In this document: one piece after another, positions 58,588 to 64,000 of the stretch
How the letters are laid out: the number at the start of each line of letters is the position of its first letter
Numbering within the stretch: position 1 is the first letter of the stretch
Assembly (NCBI GenBank): GCA_965216785.1
Contig: OZ244197.1
Span: forward strand, 3,040,001-3,104,000
Reading direction: 5' to 3'
Length of the DNA stretch: 64,000 nucleotides
Source of the DNA: Thermodesulfobacteriota bacterium
Lineage (GTDB): Bacteria; Desulfobacterota_D; UBA1144; Nemesobacterales; UBA2774
The notes under the pieces: generated by a model
Database searches by the model: none
What the model was told of the DNA's origin: nothing
The model's input: only the letters and a program-made list of their open reading frames with translations
Made by a program: the position numbers and the translations under genes

Positions 58588-60270
58588 ATGGAGAAAAACA
58601 CCTTATCAAGAGAATCATTGAACCTGTTAATCAGAAGAATGGATGGACGCTTCTTATCATCTAATCCATATCCAAAAAAAAGTATATGTTTTGCGAAAGG
58701 CGCGCTTTCAGATGCGGTTGATCTTATATCAGAATCTGTGGTTCATTCTGCTTCCACTGTTAGTGACTGCGAGCTTGCAGTCGCTGTAGATCCGGATCAC
58801 AAAACTCTACAAGCCGCATCGTCTTCTCTTAAGCCGGGAGGAACATGTTATATAGAATGGAATGTAACCCAACTAGTTAACCTTAAAAACATTAGGAATA
58901 AATTAGAGGCTTCAGGCTTTGATGATATCGCATTATACATTCCAAAGCCCCCTCCAAACATAGCTTCGGCAAAAACATGGATACCATTGAAATCTAAAAA
59001 TGCTATTGAGTTCTGGAGTAAGATAGAGTACAACCAACCACCTGAAAATAATGCAAAATATATCAACTATTTTCTCAAGAGATCATTTGTAAAAATATTC
59101 TCAGGCTTATTCAACACATTCCCGGGATTACTATATCCCAGAATCAAGAGCTTTATTATTTGCTCAATAGCTCACAAACCAATTCTCAATACAGACAAAC
59201 AAATACCATCGAACAGAAAGACACATTCCGAAAATAAAGGGAAAGACTTTCATAGTTACTCAATTGAACCCGATAAATCAATATTAAAGAGCTCTGATTC
59301 TTACTTTCAATCTCAACACTCATCTATCTTAATGATGACGGAAGGGTCGTTCTTACAGAACAATGTAATATTATTCGTATTTGCCGACGATAAAAGCGAG
59401 CCTACATACTTAGTCAAAATGTCTCGTCTAGCGAATTTTTCTAAAACACTGATTAATGAAGCAAACACGCTAAGCCACCTTGAGACAACCACTAAAGATA
59501 TTAACATTATCCCAAAGTTGTTGTTTTATGAAAATCTCAATGGGTACTCTTATATAGGTGAAACCTATATTAAAGGTAAAACCTTCAATAAAATTCTCAC
59601 TAATAATAATTTTAGAGAGCTTTCGATGAGAGCCACGAAATTATTAGTAGAATTTGACACTGCAACAAGAAAGAAAGCCCCTAATAATTGGAAAGACAAA
59701 CTGATAAAACCAATTTTAACAAAATTCCTCACTTCCTATGGCCCCATACTGACACCCGATCTTATAAAAAAAGCATCTAGTCTATTGAATGAAATTGAAT
59801 TAACACATACAGTTTGTACTCATGGCGATTATTCTCAAGGGAACATACTCATGAAATCGGATGGAGAATTAGCACTTATTGATTTTGAGCATAGCATAAT
59901 TCATGGTTTTCCGGTTATTGATATAATATACTTTCTTGCTCTTTTTAGCTTCGACCTTAAATCTGCCTGGGAAGGAAATAATTATTTATCATGTTATAGA
60001 GATTTGATGAATGAAACTACCGATATTGGTAGAGTGTATAAAGAATGCCTGCATTATTATTGCGAACAAGTAGGAATTCAGAAATCAATGATCCCAAAAT
60101 ATCGACTTCTTTTATGGACTATGTTTCTAAACAGGAAATATGATGAGTTAAATTTGAGCGAGAACTTCACTCCAACCGAAAAATCATTACGAGATGTATT
60201 ACATATTGACTTATGGATAGAAGAAATCACCCGTTTAAGTTATTCTCAGAGCAAAATAAAATATAGCTAA
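58588..60270 (+). CDS. Phosphotransferase (APH/kinase fold) with degenerate N-terminal methyltransferase-like region
   Basis: LKPGGTCYIE in N-half; HGDYSQGN and LIDFE kinase motifs in C-half. Confidence 0.7.
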   Translation: MEKNTLSRESLNLLIRRMDGRFLSSNPYPKKSICFAKGALSDAVDLISESVVHSASTVSDCELAVAVDPDHKTLQAASSSLKPGGTCYIEWNVTQLVNLKNIRNKLEASGFDDIALYIPKPPPNIASAKTWIPLKSKNAIEFWSKIEYNQPPENNAKYINYFLKRSFVKIFSGLFNTFPGLLYPRIKSFIICSIAHKPILNTDKQIPSNRKTHSENKGKDFHSYSIEPDKSILKSSDSYFQSQHSSILMMTEGSFLQNNVILFVFADDKSEPTYLVKMSRLANFSKTLINEANTLSHLETTTKDINIIPKLLFYENLNGYSYIGETYIKGKTFNKILTNNNFRELSMRATKLLVEFDTATRKKAPNNWKDKLIKPILTKFLTSYGPILTPDLIKKASSLLNEIELTHTVCTHGDYSQGNILMKSDGELALIDFEHSIIHGFPVIDIIYFLALFSFDLKSAWEGNNYLSCYRDLMNETTDIGRVYKECLHYYCEQVGIQKSMIPKYRLLLWTMFLNRKYDELNLSENFTPTEKSLRDVLHIDLWIEEITRLSYSQSKIKYS

Positions 60271-60273
60271 AGA

Positions 60274-61506
60274 ATGCCGATGCGAATCTTATTCATCTCA
60301 AGCTATTTCCCGGAAAATTTAAGTACAAGCATCCATGGCGTATATAAACGGATGGGCATGCTCATTGACGCTATAAAGGAAATCGCGGAAATAGACATGC
60401 TGTTCTTCGTCCCACCTGAAAATTATAAACCCGGAGCCGACATATATTATCAAAAAGAGTTCTCAGAACACTGGGATAAAGAGATCAATCTATATCTATG
60501 CCCCCGGGCCGAATTTAATGAAGAAGATGAAATTAGAAAATGGCTCTCTCTGGGCGCGGGAATTTTTAGCTTCTATAAACAAAGAGGAAAGATTGAATAC
60601 AGCGGAAGTGAACAACTAGCGGCTCTTGAGAAATGCTTAGACAGAAAACCCGGCGCGATTCTCGCGCACAGATTATCAGCCATGTGCCCGCTTCTCCTTA
60701 CAGAACATTCACTGCCCCCGGTTTTCTTTGATCTAGACGATATTGAGCATGTAGTCTTAAAGCGCTACATAGAAAACAGGAAGAATTTACGCAGTAATTT
60801 ACTAAATCTTCTTCTTCCGTCTTTAACTAAGGGAGAGTATGAAGCAGTCAAGTTAGCGTCAAAAACATTTGTTTGCTCAGAATATGACCGTAAGTATCTA
60901 TCAGAGAAATTTAAACTCCCGGGAATTGTAGTTATACCAAACTCAATTAACATCCCTAAATTAGAACCTCTGACAAAAGAGCCGAACATGCTGTTCCTAG
61001 CGTCCGATTACGACCCGAATGTCCAGGCTGCGGAGTATTTAATCCAGGAAATTTGGCCTAGAGTGCTTGAGAAAGTCCCTCGCGCCAAATTAGTGATAGC
61101 AGGCATCTCCCCTGATAAGCTAAATATAAAGCAGAGTGATGTACCGGGACTCGAGCTGCCCGGGTTTGTCAAAGATTTAGACGTGTTATACAAAAAAACT
61201 CGCTCAACCATAGTGCCCATGCTTGTCGGCGGCGGAACGCGCTTTAAGATTGTAGAATCCGCGATGTACGGCAGACCCACGGTTTCCACTACTGTCGGAG
61301 CCGAGGGGATAGAACTTACCGATCCAAAGGAGATTCTTATCCAGGATACGCCTGAATCGATTGCGGAAGCATGTGTAGAATTACTTGAAAATTATGAGCT
61401 TAGTGTGAAGATCGGCCTTTGTGCAAGGGAAAAAGCTAAAAAGCTATACGACCGTAAAAACGTCGTAAACTCCGTAAAAACAAACATCATGAACAGCTTA
61501 AAATAA
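60274..61506 (+). CDS. Glycosyltransferase family 4-like (GT-B)
   Basis: VIPNS, GFV, GGGTRFKIVESAMYG, GAEG. Confidence 0.88.
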   Translation: MPMRILFISSYFPENLSTSIHGVYKRMGMLIDAIKEIAEIDMLFFVPPENYKPGADIYYQKEFSEHWDKEINLYLCPRAEFNEEDEIRKWLSLGAGIFSFYKQRGKIEYSGSEQLAALEKCLDRKPGAILAHRLSAMCPLLLTEHSLPPVFFDLDDIEHVVLKRYIENRKNLRSNLLNLLLPSLTKGEYEAVKLASKTFVCSEYDRKYLSEKFKLPGIVVIPNSINIPKLEPLTKEPNMLFLASDYDPNVQAAEYLIQEIWPRVLEKVPRAKLVIAGISPDKLNIKQSDVPGLELPGFVKDLDVLYKKTRSTIVPMLVGGGTRFKIVESAMYGRPTVSTTVGAEGIELTDPKEILIQDTPESIAEACVELLENYELSVKIGLCAREKAKKLYDRKNVVNSVKTNIMNSLK

Positions 61507-61548
61507 CTTATATCAATCTATAACGGGGAGATTTATACTTATAGAGTT

Positions 61549-62475
61549 ATGCCTAAGGTTAGCGTAATTATACCTACTTACAACCGCGGGGATTTTCTCA
61601 AGAGCTCCGTAAACAGTGTTCTGAAACAAACATATGAGGACTACGAGCTCATTATATCAGATGATGCTTCAACGGACCATACCAGGAAGTATGTGGAGAG
61701 CATATCTGATTCGAGAGTCGTGTATATATGTAATAAAACTAACCGGGGCGTAGCTGCCACAAGGAATAGCGCGCTTAAGATTTCAAGAGGGGACTATATA
61801 GCGTTTCTTGATGACGATGATGAATGGTTACCCGAAAAACTCTCATTGCAGGTCGAAAAGATAGAGAAGAGCTCCCCTGATGTAGGCGGCGTCTATACCG
61901 GTGTGTCATACCTGGATATAGAACTCGGGGAAATAACATCCGTCTCAAACCCGCACATAAGAGGTAATATACTAAATGATATTCTCCCTGAGAATTTCCT
62001 AGTCACTTCATCCCTACTGCTCAGAAAATCATGCTTTGAAAAAGCAGGATTATTCGATGAAAGATTTCAATTCGGCGAAGATTTCGACATGTGGATCAGA
62101 ATCGCGAACTACTATAATTTTGATTTCATAAAAGAGCCATTAGTGAAATATGCGATCCACGAGTCAAAGATCACACTAAACTACCAGAAAGTGATATCAG
62201 GACTTGAATTACTGCTATCCAAACATAAGGATTTGTATTCACAAAATAAGAAGGCATACAGCGATTATACTCTCGGATTAGGGATATTCTATTGCTATAA
62301 CGGGAATACCACAATGGGAAGAATGAGCTTCATAGAGGCCATTAAGTTAAATCCCGCTAACATTAAACACTATTATAATTTTGCTCTTTCCTTGCTTGGA
62401 GCACGGGCGTTTATGAAAATAAAAATACATCGTTCCGGTCTTAGCCAGGCACTTAGAAGCTTAACCTATGGTTAA
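61549..62475 (+). CDS. Glycosyltransferase family 2 with C-terminal TPR-like helix pair
   Basis: VSVIIPTYNR, DDASTD, FLDDDD, GEDFD; AIKLNP. Confidence 0.92.
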   Translation: MPKVSVIIPTYNRGDFLKSSVNSVLKQTYEDYELIISDDASTDHTRKYVESISDSRVVYICNKTNRGVAATRNSALKISRGDYIAFLDDDDEWLPEKLSLQVEKIEKSSPDVGGVYTGVSYLDIELGEITSVSNPHIRGNILNDILPENFLVTSSLLLRKSCFEKAGLFDERFQFGEDFDMWIRIANYYNFDFIKEPLVKYAIHESKITLNYQKVISGLELLLSKHKDLYSQNKKAYSDYTLGLGIFYCYNGNTTMGRMSFIEAIKLNPANIKHYYNFALSLLGARAFMKIKIHRSGLSQALRSLTYG

Positions 62476-62523
62476 CGTTAAGCTCTCTAACAACTAATGA
62501 AAAATCTATAAAATGAGAGAAAT

Positions 62524-63666
62524 ATGACTGTTCTTCAGGTTATGGCGCTTGCCCCTAATAAAGTAGGTGGTTTCGAGGAATATATTCTGAGCTTCGCTAA
62601 AAAGATGAATGAGCTCGGGCACGATGTAATTTTTGTTTTCGGGGGAGAGCCGCATCCGTACATAAAAGAGAAACTAAGCGAGTCTAATACCGCTTACTAT
62701 GTTGAAGAGATACCACAAAGCACACTCGGTATGCTCACTATGTTTTACAGACTTCTCAAACTTATTTTGAATACCCGTCCGCACATTGTGCAAGGGCAGT
62801 TTCATCCCCATGATCACTTAGCGGTTCTCGCCGGATTCATCACCGGGAAAACCACTTATAGAACTATCCATACAACGACTTCTCAATCTGCCGGACCTCT
62901 GAAGTACCAAAGTATATTGAAGGCAAAAGCTAGCTCGTTTTTATCTAAAACCACGTTTGCGGTATCTGGTGCTGTAAGAAGAGATTTAGTAGAAAATTTG
63001 CATATACCTGCAAAAAAAATCCAAATCCTATATAACGGTGTGAATCTGGAACATTATTACCCTAAGCAAAATGATTTTTCCCTGCAAAGGGAGCTAGGCG
63101 TAGGCGAGACAACAAGAATAATTTTATGTATTGCACATGCACGGCCTACAAAGGGGCTTGAATATTTAATTACCGCTGTGCCTCCCATAATTGAAAATCA
63201 TCAGAATACTCATTTTGTTTTTTGTGGCGGGGGACCGCTTGAAAACAATATGATCACTTTAGCCGAAAAGCTCGGGGTATCGGAATATGTACATTTTCTT
63301 GGCGTGAGGAACGATGTTCAAGCGCTATTAAATTGCTCTTACCTACTAGTGATGCCGTCCTTAGCCGAGGCTTTCGGTTTAGTTTCATTGGAATCTATGG
63401 CCATGGAAAAAGCTGTTATCGCATCAAATGTAGAAGGTATAGCCGAAATCGTTCAACATGAAAAAACAGGTTTACTGGTTCCGCCGGCAGACTCGGATTC
63501 CTTAGCTAAAGCTGTTATATCTCTTTTGGATAATCCCCAAAAAACCGCTCAATTGGGGATCCGGGGCAGAAAAAGAGCTGAAGAGCATTTTGATCTTAAC
63601 AAAAGAGTGGAAAATGAAATTAATATTTACGAAGATGAGCTAGGACTTCAACTCAAAACTCGGTAG
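62524..63666 (+). CDS. Glycosyltransferase family 4
   Basis: GGFE, YNGV, KG, PSLAEAFGLVSLESMA. Confidence 0.92.
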   Translation: MTVLQVMALAPNKVGGFEEYILSFAKKMNELGHDVIFVFGGEPHPYIKEKLSESNTAYYVEEIPQSTLGMLTMFYRLLKLILNTRPHIVQGQFHPHDHLAVLAGFITGKTTYRTIHTTTSQSAGPLKYQSILKAKASSFLSKTTFAVSGAVRRDLVENLHIPAKKIQILYNGVNLEHYYPKQNDFSLQRELGVGETTRIILCIAHARPTKGLEYLITAVPPIIENHQNTHFVFCGGGPLENNMITLAEKLGVSEYVHFLGVRNDVQALLNCSYLLVMPSLAEAFGLVSLESMAMEKAVIASNVEGIAEIVQHEKTGLLVPPADSDSLAKAVISLLDNPQKTAQLGIRGRKRAEEHFDLNKRVENEINIYEDELGLQLKTR

Positions 63667-63783
63667 TTACTGGCTCTTATTCACAAAGAATTCGAGTTAT
63701 AATGTTACATAGATAGGATTTCTGTTTGTATAATTAAGCTATTAGCGGACGAACACAAAGCTTAAGGATTTATTTGGAATAAT

Positions 63784-64000
63784 ATGCTCGGCACAAATTC
63801 TCAAACACCCGCGTTGAACACAATCCTCATAATAGCGTTAGTCGCGCTGGGCGCTCTGGCAGGCATATTAATAGCTATATACGGTTTTTCACCACTCATA
63901 GTGGCGGCGCCTCTAGCGCTGGTTTTTTTCCTCATTACGGTAAACAAACCGTGGATCGCCCTCACGGCCTTTTTTCTTTTAGTACCGCTTGAGAATCTCT
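63784..64000 (+). CDS. Partial membrane protein cut by the window end (possibly a second Wzy/O-antigen-ligase-like protein)
   Basis: Open frame MLGTNSQTPALNTILIIALVALGALAGILIAIYGFSPLIVAAPLALVFFLITVNKPWIALTAFFLLVPLENL with stacked hydrophobic helices; the family call rests on context only. Confidence 0.55.
   Translation, partial: MLGTNSQTPALNTILIIALVALGALAGILIAIYGFSPLIVAAPLALVFFLITVNKPWIALTAFFLLVPLENL

Noticed and set aside
1-64000. CRISPR arrays, tRNA/rRNA genes, IS elements, prophage genes
   Set aside because: No regularly spaced repeats, cloverleaf or rRNA motifs, or transposase/integrase/phage ORFs were recognised by eye; covariance-model scans were not run

Overview
Gene-dense chromosomal window from a diderm bacterium (tolB, lgt, lnt, an OprB porin, an AsmA-like protein and Wza are present). 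Gene style suggests a Desulfobacterota/Dadabacteria-like lineage, but that is only an impression. Positions 1-39.4 kb hold mixed housekeeping and accessory genes: a GT-C glycosyltransferase, Zn-dependent alcohol dehydrogenase, Lon-like protease, aat, several esterases, redox and GST genes, a Cys-rich GH17-like lipoprotein, bioB with an LpdD-like neighbour, a TetR-GST module with visible operators, thpR, tolB, an HNH nuclease, lgt-lnt and hisC/hisD. From 39.5 kb to the end is a large surface-glycan locus that runs off the window. It contains an exported protein with an unusual C-terminal anchor-like tail, Wza, Wzc, a TPR/carbohydrate-binding protein, an O-antigen-ligase-like protein, an inverted PglE/C/F-like module, and a Wzm/Wzt ABC transporter followed by a methyltransferase, two deacetylases, a WbdD-like kinase and six glycosyltransferases. 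No rRNA, tRNA, CRISPR array, transposase or integrase was recognised. All calls come from motif reading; no database searches were run.
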